Assembly (NCBI GenBank): GCA_905612305.1
Contig: CAJQRK010000019.1
Coordinates: 25,811-89,810, forward strand
Source of the DNA: an uncultured Flavobacteriales bacterium
GTDB lineage: Bacteria > Bacteroidota > Bacteroidia > Flavobacteriales > BACL11
Direction of reading: 5' to 3'
Length of the DNA stretch: 64,000 nucleotides
Part shown: positions 56,012 to 64,000 of the stretch, one piece after another
Layout: every line of letters starts with the position of its first letter
How positions within the stretch are numbered: position 1 is the stretch's first letter
Notes under the pieces: model-generated
The model's database searches: none
The model's input: only the letters and a program-made list of their open reading frames with translations
Told to the model about the DNA's origin: nothing
Translations under genes and position numbers: made by a program

Positions 56012-57825
56012 GAAAATATAAAGTGCGATATAAAGTTATTGCGGGGATTTTCTTATTGATTTCTGTTATCTTTATTATAAAACTATTTTATATACAAGTG
56101 ATTAATGATGACTATAAATTTTCAGCCAACAATAATGTTTTACGATATGATGTTCAGCAAGCGGTAAGGGGGTTAATTTATGATAGAAATCACAATCTTA
56201 TTGTTGCGAATGTTCCTGCCTATGATTTAATGATTATTCCAAGGGAGCTAACCAACAAAACTATTGACACACTTGCTTTTTGCAAATTGATTGAAATAAG
56301 TAAAAAGGAATTTATTGAAAATTACAATAAGGCTGCTGAATATTCAAAATATAAAGAAAGTGTTTTTGTTAAACACATAAATCTAGAAAGCTCCAGTACG
56401 CTTTCTGAGAAACTCTTTCAATTCCCAGGTTTTTATTTACGCAAATTAACTATGAGGGATTATCCTTCAAATGTTGCGACTCATTTAATTGGATATCTAG
56501 GAGAGGTGAATACTAAAAAAACTAAAGAAGACAAATATTATACAAAAGGAGATCTGTCTGGAGCAAGTGGCATTGAAGCTGCATATGAGCGATATTTAAG
56601 AGGTGAAAAAGGAATGGTGATTAAACTAGTAGATGTTTACAATAGAGATCAAGGTAAGTTTCAAAATGGAGAATTTGATACTTTAGCAATTGCTGGGGCT
56701 ACTCTAACTTCTACTATTGATATTGAACTTCAGGCTTATGGTGAAAAATTAATGCAAAATAAAATTGGAGCAATAGTTGCAATTGAACCAACAACTGGGG
56801 AAATTCTTTCGCTCATTTCTTCACCCACTTACAATCCTAATGTATTGAATGGAAGAAAAAGGTCTGAGAATTATAAAAACTTATCTGAAAACCTAAATAA
56901 GCCTCTGTTTAATAGAGCACTTCAAGGCACATACCCTCCTGGATCAACATTCAAATTATTAAATGGATTAATTGCCCTACAAGAAGGCGCTATACAAAAA
57001 TCAAGTACATTTACATGTAACGGTGGATATAATTATGGAAATGAAAAAAAGTTAGGATGCCACCTTCATAAATCTATTTTGAATCTTACTCAGGCTATTG
57101 AGATTTCATGTAACACCTATTTTTGCAATGCTTTTAATAACTATTTTAGAAGTTTTAATAGCTCTATTCTTGCATATGATAATTGGCGTCTTCATTTGAG
57201 TAGTTTTGGGATTGGGGATTTTATGAATAATGACTTTATCAATGGAAGACCAGGAAAGCTGCCACAATCATCATATTACAATAAACTTTATAGGGGAAGT
57301 TGGAATGCGAATACGATCATCTCAATGGCTATAGGGCAAGGGGAATTATTACTAACTCCTATTCAAATGGCAAATATGACTGCTATTTTAGCTAACAGAG
57401 GTTATTATTATACACCACATATTATTAAAGAAATAGCAGGAGAAAAAATTGATAGCAGTTTCACATTAAAAAAATACTGCTCAATTGAGGAAAAATATTT
57501 TGATCCTATTATAAGTGGGATGCAAAAAGTAATAGCTGGTGAAAAAGGAACAGCAACTAATGCTAAATTAAATGACATAATAATTTGTGGAAAAACAGGT
57601 ACTGCTCAAAATCCACATGGCGAGGATCATTCTATCTTTATTGCTTTTGCACCTAAAGAAAACCCCAAAATCGCCATTGCTGTTTATATTGAAAATGGAG
57701 GATGGGGCTCTACTTGGGCAGCTCCTATCGCATCACTAATGATAGAAAGCTATTTAATAAAAACTATTACAAATAAACTGCAAGAGGAATTTATTATTAA
57801 AGGTGATTTATTATCTGAAAGATGA
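56008..57825 (+). CDS. mrdA: Penicillin-binding protein 2 (elongasome transpeptidase)
   Basis: Active-site motifs PGSTFK, SCN and KTGTAQ. An ATG at 56008 overlaps the mreD TGA as ATGA, and the track start at 55996 is TTG. Confidence 0.93.
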   Translation: MRKYKVRYKVIAGIFLLISVIFIIKLFYIQVINDDYKFSANNNVLRYDVQQAVRGLIYDRNHNLIVANVPAYDLMIIPRELTNKTIDTLAFCKLIEISKKEFIENYNKAAEYSKYKESVFVKHINLESSSTLSEKLFQFPGFYLRKLTMRDYPSNVATHLIGYLGEVNTKKTKEDKYYTKGDLSGASGIEAAYERYLRGEKGMVIKLVDVYNRDQGKFQNGEFDTLAIAGATLTSTIDIELQAYGEKLMQNKIGAIVAIEPTTGEILSLISSPTYNPNVLNGRKRSENYKNLSENLNKPLFNRALQGTYPPGSTFKLLNGLIALQEGAIQKSSTFTCNGGYNYGNEKKLGCHLHKSILNLTQAIEISCNTYFCNAFNNYFRSFNSSILAYDNWRLHLSSFGIGDFMNNDFINGRPGKLPQSSYYNKLYRGSWNANTIISMAIGQGELLLTPIQMANMTAILANRGYYYTPHIIKEIAGEKIDSSFTLKKYCSIEEKYFDPIISGMQKVIAGEKGTATNAKLNDIIICGKTGTAQNPHGEDHSIFIAFAPKENPKIAIAVYIENGGWGSTWAAPIASLMIESYLIKTITNKLQEEFIIKGDLLSER

Positions 57826-59084
57826 GAAAAGCAAAAAACATATTTGCAAATATTGATTCTATTAGTATCTTCATATACATTGCTCTAATTTTTTTTGGAT
57901 GGACAAATATTTATGCTTCACAGTACAATGAGGATACGACAATGATACTTGACTTTAGCACTAGATACGGCAAACAACTCCTATTTATTGGCATTTCTTC
58001 CTTTGTTGCATTTTTAATTTTAATCATTGATTGGCAATTTTTCTATTCTCTCTCCTACTTCTTTTATATCGTAATAATTTTACTTTTAATTAGCGTACTC
58101 TTTAAAGGTGAGATGACGGGAGGAGCTTCCTCTTGGTTTGAATTAGGAAGCTTTAAAATTCAACCTTCTGAATTTGCAAAATTTACAACAGCACTTGCTC
58201 TTGCTAAATACTATAATGCCCTACATGTTAAGCGGATTTCATTACAGGATAAGATCAAAACTTATGCCATTATCATACTTCCCTTTCTACTAATTATTTT
58301 ACAAAATGATTTAGGTACAGCATTAGTATTTTCCGCTTTTGTTTTGGTATTGTATCGTGAGGGGCTTTCAGGAAACATCTTAATATTTGGAATACTCATA
58401 GCTACACTATTTTTACTTACCTTGTTAATTGAAAAAACAATTCTTATTGGTATTCTGTCCACTATGGCTGTTCTTGTTTATTTACTATCTAGACGAAAGA
58501 CAAAAGAACTATTACTCATCTTAGGCGTTCTAATTAGTTGTACTGCTTTCATTTTTAGTGTTGAGCATATTTTTAATGATGTATTAGCTCCTCATCAAAA
58601 AGAAAGAATAAATATCTTATTAGGCAAAGAATTTGACCCTTATGGATCTGGATATAATTTAATACAATCAAAAATAGCAATTGGTTCTGGGGGGTTTAAT
58701 GGTAAGGGGTTTTTAAGCGGCACTCAAACACGTTTTGATTTTGTTCCAGAACAAAGCACAGACTTTATTTTTTGTACTATTGGTGAAGAGTGGGGATTCT
58801 TAGGTAGTTTTTTCTTTTCAGTCCTATTTATAGGTCTCTTAGCGAGGATACTTTTCTTAGCAGAGCGACAAAGATCAAATTTTAGTAGAATTTATGGATA
58901 TAGTGTGGCTTGTATTTTATTTATGCATTTTTTTATAAATATTGGAATGACAATTGGGCTTATGCCGGTAATTGGAATCCCTTTACCATTTACAAGTTAC
59001 GGAGGGTCTTCTTTACTAGGATTTACTATTCTTCTATTTATTTTCTTAAACTTGGATTCGTATCGCTTACAAATTTTAAGGTAA
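57822..59084 (+). CDS. rodA: Rod shape-determining protein RodA (SEDS family)
   Basis: FQPSEFAKF and the SEDS polytopic layout, and it overlaps the mrdA stop. Confidence 0.92.
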   Translation: MRKAKNIFANIDSISIFIYIALIFFGWTNIYASQYNEDTTMILDFSTRYGKQLLFIGISSFVAFLILIIDWQFFYSLSYFFYIVIILLLISVLFKGEMTGGASSWFELGSFKIQPSEFAKFTTALALAKYYNALHVKRISLQDKIKTYAIIILPFLLIILQNDLGTALVFSAFVLVLYREGLSGNILIFGILIATLFLLTLLIEKTILIGILSTMAVLVYLLSRRKTKELLLILGVLISCTAFIFSVEHIFNDVLAPHQKERINILLGKEFDPYGSGYNLIQSKIAIGSGGFNGKGFLSGTQTRFDFVPEQSTDFIFCTIGEEWGFLGSFFFSVLFIGLLARILFLAERQRSNFSRIYGYSVACILFMHFFINIGMTIGLMPVIGIPLPFTSYGGSSLLGFTILLFIFLNLDSYRLQILR

Positions 59085-59086
59085 AA

Positions 59087-59116
59087 AAAATGCCCAGCTT
59101 TGCAGCTGAGCATTTT
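59087..59116. terminator. Bidirectional intrinsic terminator
   Basis: AAAATGCCCAGCT (59087-99) pairs with AGCTGAGCATTTT (59104-16) with one mismatch and loop TTGC. It is flanked by A- and T-runs and lies between convergent rodA and the PPIase gene. Confidence 0.7.
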
Positions 59117-59134
59117 CTAATTCTTATATAATAA

Positions 59135-61246
59135 CTAATATAAATCGGAGCGGTTATCTTTTACATCAGCCTCAGTGTTTAATGCTTTATAAGCAGCTCC
59201 AATTGAATAAGCAGCAGCTCCTTTTTGAATTTCTTGTTTTTGTTGTGTAAAATCGATAGAAGTTTTCACGTCATCTTTAGCAGTAACTTCAATTACATAC
59301 ACAGCATTTTTTCCTTCAATAGGATTAGAAATAGCTCCTACATTTGTAGCAAAAATAGAACCTACTAACTCTGGTTCGTAACCTATGCCTTGTAAACTTA
59401 AATTCGATAAATTAGCTCTTTGTGCGCTTACCATAGTCTGACCATGATTAGTAGCAAGAGTTGCTAAATCAGCAGCTTTAATATTTGCTCTAATATATGC
59501 TACTTTTTTCTCTTTCAGCACTAAAGCAGAAATTTGTTCTTTAATATCTTCCAAAGGTGTAATTCCTTCATCATATGTCTTTGTTAAGTAAGCAACAACA
59601 TACGAGTTTTCAAATTGGAGCACTTCAGATGCCATTCCCTCTTCAGCTGTATTCATCCATCTTACCATCTCTCTTGAATTAGGCAACCCAGTAATACTCT
59701 GCTTATCAGCCTTTACTTTACTATCGCTTCTTTTTACTAAATTTTGATATGCTATTAAAGAATCAAAATCTACTCCTTCATTCAATATCTTTCCCGCAAA
59801 CTGTACTGCTTGATCCCAATAAGCATTGAATGTTTCAGTGCTTGGTTCTACATTTCTATCAATAAAAGCAACTTTAACTTTACGCACTGATTTACTCGTT
59901 TTGGTTATTTCAATAAGATGAACGCCAAATTGAGAAGTTACTACCTTTAAATCTCCTGCTCTAGATGTAAAACAAGAATCATTAAACTCCTCTACCATAG
60001 CGCCTTCCGAGAACCAACCTAAATCACCTCCTTTGATAGCAGAACCTTTATCTTCTGAATTCTTTTGCGCTAAAATTCCAAAGTCAGCACCCGCCTCAAC
60101 TTGAGCTTTAATAGCATCAATTCTAGTTTGAACTGAATCCCAAGGCATAGTTTCAGTTGGTGCTATTAAGATGTGACGAGCCTCTACTGAATCAGGGCGA
60201 TTTTGCACAACAGCTAATTTAGCAATACGATATACTCCTTGACTTGCTTGATAAGGACCAATAACAGAACCTTCTTCAGCTGTAAATAATTCGGTCCAAT
60301 TAGGATCTTGCAACTCTTCCTTAGTAGCAAAAGTAAAACGAGCCGCAGTGTTGTCAGAATTTCTTCTGGCCATCAAATTATAATCCTCATAAATAGTAAA
60401 ATCTGCTTTTAAATCTTCAATTGATGATTTAGTAGCTGCATCATCTTCTGCAGATGGCACAACTGCAAATACTACAAAATCAACATCCTTTGAAGCATCC
60501 TGCTGATAGTTTTCTTTATGCTTTTTGTAGTATGTTTTTATTTCCCTTTCAGTTGGCTCAACAGTACTATCAGCAACTGAAGTTAACGGAATAGCTACAT
60601 AATTAAAAGTAATATTCTGTGACTTTTCATTAGAATTTACTTTAGCCTCCTCATTTGTTACACACATAGCTTTAGCAATCAATGAATTGTATTTTGAAGT
60701 TTTGATAAGTCCAATTAAATATTTTTGAAAACCTATCCATTTAGTTGTTGCTTCACCTGTTAGATCTTTATCTATATTTTGCAAATATCCTAATGCTTTT
60801 GTTCTATCGAACTGACCTGTATTCTGATCCTGAAATGCAGGAATTTTACTAATTTCCGGATGTACATTTATCCCTTGTAATAGTTCGAAAAACTCATCAG
60901 CAGAAACATCTATTCCTAATTTTGAGTACTCATTATTCATTATCAATTCTCTTACATACTGATCCCATACTTGAGATCTTAACTGTGTTCTAATAGTTTG
61001 AGTAAGTTCGCTTCCTTGATTTTGTTGTGAGTCACTTTTCCAGAACTTTATTCTTTCTTCTACTTTCACCTCATAATGTTGACGCAATACATCTTCACCC
61101 AATACTTCACCTACAGATTGTGAAGTATTTGTGAAATTACCTGATTCAGATGAAGTTGAAAACATGTATATCATAGCAATTAATCCTATTCCTACAACAG
61201 CAAGAAGAAGTTTTGTGTGATTTCTAATGTTTTGTAATGTTGACAT
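59135..61246 (-). CDS. Periplasmic chaperone / peptidyl-prolyl isomerase (PpiD/SurA-like, parvulin domain)
   Basis: N-terminal TM anchor, SurA-N-like region, and a parvulin motif (EARHILIA...GGDLGWF). 703 aa. Confidence 0.85.
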   Translation of the reverse strand: MSTLQNIRNHTKLLLAVVGIGLIAMIYMFSTSSESGNFTNTSQSVGEVLGEDVLRQHYEVKVEERIKFWKSDSQQNQGSELTQTIRTQLRSQVWDQYVRELIMNNEYSKLGIDVSADEFFELLQGINVHPEISKIPAFQDQNTGQFDRTKALGYLQNIDKDLTGEATTKWIGFQKYLIGLIKTSKYNSLIAKAMCVTNEEAKVNSNEKSQNITFNYVAIPLTSVADSTVEPTEREIKTYYKKHKENYQQDASKDVDFVVFAVVPSAEDDAATKSSIEDLKADFTIYEDYNLMARRNSDNTAARFTFATKEELQDPNWTELFTAEEGSVIGPYQASQGVYRIAKLAVVQNRPDSVEARHILIAPTETMPWDSVQTRIDAIKAQVEAGADFGILAQKNSEDKGSAIKGGDLGWFSEGAMVEEFNDSCFTSRAGDLKVVTSQFGVHLIEITKTSKSVRKVKVAFIDRNVEPSTETFNAYWDQAVQFAGKILNEGVDFDSLIAYQNLVKRSDSKVKADKQSITGLPNSREMVRWMNTAEEGMASEVLQFENSYVVAYLTKTYDEGITPLEDIKEQISALVLKEKKVAYIRANIKAADLATLATNHGQTMVSAQRANLSNLSLQGIGYEPELVGSIFATNVGAISNPIEGKNAVYVIEVTAKDDVKTSIDFTQQKQEIQKGAAAYSIGAAYKALNTEADVKDNRSDLY

Positions 61247-61321
61247 TCGTTTTTGTTTTATTAAAGCTTGCGAATATACAATTGTTATTTAATAAATAAA
61301 AATAGAAAATACTCCTATTTC

Positions 61322-62572
61322 TTATCTAGTAATCACCTTCAATTCCACTTCTTGTATTGCAGTATCATTTGCTTTTATGATGGTAAATTGAAATTCTTCA
61401 AGCTCTATTACATCATCTTGTTTGGGTATTTCTTCCAAGTGATGTAGAATTAATCCAGCAATAGTTTCGTATTCATCCGATTCAGGAAGATTCAATGCAT
61501 ACTTCTTATTAACCATCTCAACATCTAAACGAGAAAAAAAATGATATTTATACTTAGTCAATTGATTATCTGTAATTTCTTCCACATCATGTTCATCAAT
61601 AATCTCCCCAACAATTTCTTCCGTTACATCTTCAATGGTAAGCATTCCTGAAGTACCTCCAAACTCATCAACCACTAAAGCAATCCCTTTATTACTTTCA
61701 ATAAATTGAGTCAATAACTGCAGGGCCAACATGCTCTCAGGAACAAAAGGAATGGGCAATAAAATAGCCCGCACATTTTTAGGCCTTCTAAATAAATCAG
61801 AAGAATGAACGTACCCAATCACCTTGTCAATATTTCCCTTATAAATTAGAATTTTGGAAAGCTTAGTCGTAATAAATTTATCTTTAATATCTTTAATTGG
61901 AGCTAAACTATCTATAGCTACTATTTCAGTTCTTGGAATCATGCATTCACGTAATTTTTTATCTGTCAAATCCAAAACATTTTGCAACATCTCTACTTCA
62001 ACTCTGTTTTCTTCATCTCCTTCAGCTGATTTCACATTACTCAAATATTCATCCAAATCTGTTTTGCCAAACACTTGCTTTCCTTCTTCAATTTTCTGAC
62101 CTAACAAATGCTTCAATACAACTTTTGAAAGATATAACATTAATAATGCAACGGGACGAAACAACACAAAAAACAACCAAATAGGAATTGAAAATATTCT
62201 TAATATCTGGTTAGGATAAATTCTGAAAATAGCTTTCGGAAAAAACTCTGCAGTTACCAAAACAATTAATGTAGTTATGATGGTTTGCGCTAATAATAAA
62301 GCTGCAGGCGATTGCAAATAAATTTCAATTGCTGACGTCAGGATTTGCGTCATCATTATACCATACACTACCAGAGCTATGTTATTTCCCACCAACATAG
62401 TGGTAATAAAATCAGATTCATTTTTAGAAAAATAAGCAATAATATTAGCTGGAAATTTTCCTGAATTTTTATCCAGTTCTAACTTTAACTTATTTGCAGA
62501 AATAAAAGCAATCTCAACGCCAGAAAAAAAGGCAGAAAAGAAAAGTGTGATTATAGCGAAGAATAATAGCAT
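61322..62572 (-). CDS. Hemolysin-family / CNNM protein (DUF21, CBS pair, CorC_HlyC); paralog of GldE
   Basis: It has the same three-domain order as 25722-27041 (e.g. VVDEFGGTSGMLTIEDV vs VVDEYGGTSGIVTLEDV). Confidence 0.85.
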   Translation of the reverse strand: MLLFFAIITLFFSAFFSGVEIAFISANKLKLELDKNSGKFPANIIAYFSKNESDFITTMLVGNNIALVVYGIMMTQILTSAIEIYLQSPAALLLAQTIITTLIVLVTAEFFPKAIFRIYPNQILRIFSIPIWLFFVLFRPVALLMLYLSKVVLKHLLGQKIEEGKQVFGKTDLDEYLSNVKSAEGDEENRVEVEMLQNVLDLTDKKLRECMIPRTEIVAIDSLAPIKDIKDKFITTKLSKILIYKGNIDKVIGYVHSSDLFRRPKNVRAILLPIPFVPESMLALQLLTQFIESNKGIALVVDEFGGTSGMLTIEDVTEEIVGEIIDEHDVEEITDNQLTKYKYHFFSRLDVEMVNKKYALNLPESDEYETIAGLILHHLEEIPKQDDVIELEEFQFTIIKANDTAIQEVELKVITR

Positions 62573-62592
62573 ATTCGTAAAAATACTAAAAC

Positions 62593-63123
62593 TTAATTTG
62601 TTTCAGTTTCAAAATCAAAAGTTCCGTGAATTTTTGTGATTGAATATTGAGAAAAATTAGCATTAGACGTAAAGCCTTCACCATAAACAATTTCTTTTCC
62701 AGTAGTGATTTTCACTATTTTATCCGTATAAATCTCATCTTTTTTCTCGTCCCAAACCAACTCCTCTGTTTCTAATTTTTTATCATCACTACTAGTAAGT
62801 ATTACATTATTTTGTGCTAACATAATTTTTTTATTCTCATCAATAGATGCGTCATTCGCCATCAAAGTAGATTGCAATTCAGAAGAATCATTGTAAAAAT
62901 ATACTTCCATATGTTCAGAAAAAATAAGCCCCGGTTGCTGGTCCTGAAAACGCTCAATTTTATCAGCTACTATTTTGATTTTAATTTTTCCGTTTTCAGT
63001 ATACAATAGTTCTGCTCCTTGTATTTGTTCAATAGCCTGTTCTTTATCGCTCGCAAAGTTTTGCACCAACTTTGGATCGTTAGTGCAAGCTACAAGTACA
63101 ACTGAAAATAATAATGTCCGCAT
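62593..63123 (-). CDS. lptC: LPS export periplasmic protein LptC
   Basis: 176 aa. It has a lipoprotein-like N-terminus (VVLVACT) and an OstA-like beta-jellyroll pattern with a size typical of Bacteroidota LptC. Confidence 0.65.
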   Translation of the reverse strand: MRTLLFSVVLVACTNDPKLVQNFASDKEQAIEQIQGAELLYTENGKIKIKIVADKIERFQDQQPGLIFSEHMEVYFYNDSSELQSTLMANDASIDENKKIMLAQNNVILTSSDDKKLETEELVWDEKKDEIYTDKIVKITTGKEIVYGEGFTSNANFSQYSITKIHGTFDFETETN

Positions 63124-63132
63124 GATTTTTGT

Positions 63133-64000
63133 TTAGTCACTAGTACGAGCTATTGTTGTTTTATTTATCCAACATCCAACAGTATGCGATTTCCCCTGCT
63201 CTACACCATTAAAAAAACATTTCTCTTTTGTAGGGAAATATTTTGAATAAGTATTGATACTTTTACTTGCCCTTTCTTTAGTATCTTCATCAGATAATGC
63301 TTTTCTGAATGCATCAATAGCTATCCAATACACAGTTGATTTTTCAAAATCATCACCGCAGGTCTTTGCTCCCGCAATATAAATATTTCCTAGATTCACA
63401 TAAGCTTCCCCCCACCCACTTCTTAGTTCTAATGCGCTATATACTGCATTTCGCGCTGAAGCATAAGAACCCTTATTTCGATGAGCGTCCGCCAAACCTA
63501 AATAGTAAATTGCTTTTTGATTTTCATCTTCTTCCATTTCAATTGCTTTTTTAGCAAACTCGATTGCGGCACTTGACTTCCCTTTTCCAATACTCATCTT
63601 TGCCATTTTATCAGCTGATGAAGCGGAGGGCTCTAATTCATATAACCTACTAGAAGCATTAAAAAATAAATTAGACTCAGTACATTGCTTGTCTGCAAAT
63701 AACCTTGTTAGTCTCTTTAAAAAAGGAACATCATCAGAAGCAGGATCAAATTCAATAGAAAACATGGCAATCAAATCCTCACAATTAGCATAAGGAGTAC
63801 ATAAATCCTCAACCTTTTCAGAATATTTGATGAAATTACTAGATGCTTTTGATTCATTCACAATATTATAGTCTATAATCTCAGATACTCTGGCATACGC
63901 TTCTAACACATCAGCTTTTGTTTTTAAACCAGCTTTCTCAAGAGTTGCCATTGCTTTCATGTAGCCATAAACAGCTTGAACAGAGGCATTATTGCCTTCT
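63133..64000 (-). CDS. TPR-like hypothetical protein, 5' end beyond the window
   Basis: The frame stays open to the right edge of the window. The sequence is helical-repeat rich (YYLGLADAHRNKGSYASARNAVYSALE). Confidence 0.55.
   Translation of the reverse strand, partial: EGNNASVQAVYGYMKAMATLEKAGLKTKADVLEAYARVSEIIDYNIVNESKASSNFIKYSEKVEDLCTPYANCEDLIAMFSIEFDPASDDVPFLKRLTRLFADKQCTESNLFFNASSRLYELEPSASSADKMAKMSIGKGKSSAAIEFAKKAIEMEEDENQKAIYYLGLADAHRNKGSYASARNAVYSALELRSGWGEAYVNLGNIYIAGAKTCGDDFEKSTVYWIAIDAFRKALSDEDTKERASKSINTYSKYFPTKEKCFFNGVEQGKSHTVGCWINKTTIARTSD

Overview
This 64-kb window is from a low-GC Bacteroidota chromosome, probably Flavobacteriia-like. The supporting signs are gldD/gldE gliding genes, a T9SS-type C-terminal sorting domain, TAnnTTTG -7 promoter boxes, A-rich rather than Shine-Dalgarno start contexts, and very tight gene packing. 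About 90% is ordinary housekeeping. This includes envelope and LPS genes (lnt, pssA, lptB, kdsD, lptC, mlaEF), tatC, DNA repair genes (recQ, mutY, ssb, recX, mfd), translation genes (serS, rplU-rpmA, prfB, rsmA, rng), metabolism genes (purS, purH, fumC, aspartate kinase, a PPi-type phosphofructokinase), ion transport genes (feoAB, mgtE) and a complete mreBCD-mrdA-rodA rod-shape operon. I found no rRNA genes, intact tRNA genes, CRISPR arrays, integrases or transposases. The one accessory region is a roughly 6.2-kb islet at 10304-16503, between an MBL-fold hydrolase and an MFS transporter. It holds only function-unknown modules: a secreted/membrane Cys-motif protein, a two-gene micro-protein operon, a DUF898 (YjgN-like) + M48 metalloprotease pair, and an acidic 154-aa protein start/stop-abutted to a 489-aa fusion of two nucleases. 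That fusion has a Cas4-like PD-(D/E)XK domain with a four-Cys cluster, followed by a DEDDy 3'-5' exonuclease. The modules are punctuated by a family of three to four direct repeats that carry a promoter-like box, a conserved leader and a tRNA-3'-end-like tail. One repeat copy is ORF-less. The dual-nuclease module and this cassette-like repeat architecture are my best candidates for something undescribed. Smaller items are a 30-aa hyper-basic micro-ORF between HU and RNase G, small unannotated membrane and lipoprotein ORFs, and a histone-H1-like tail on L21. All functional calls come from reading motifs by eye and need HMM or structure confirmation.
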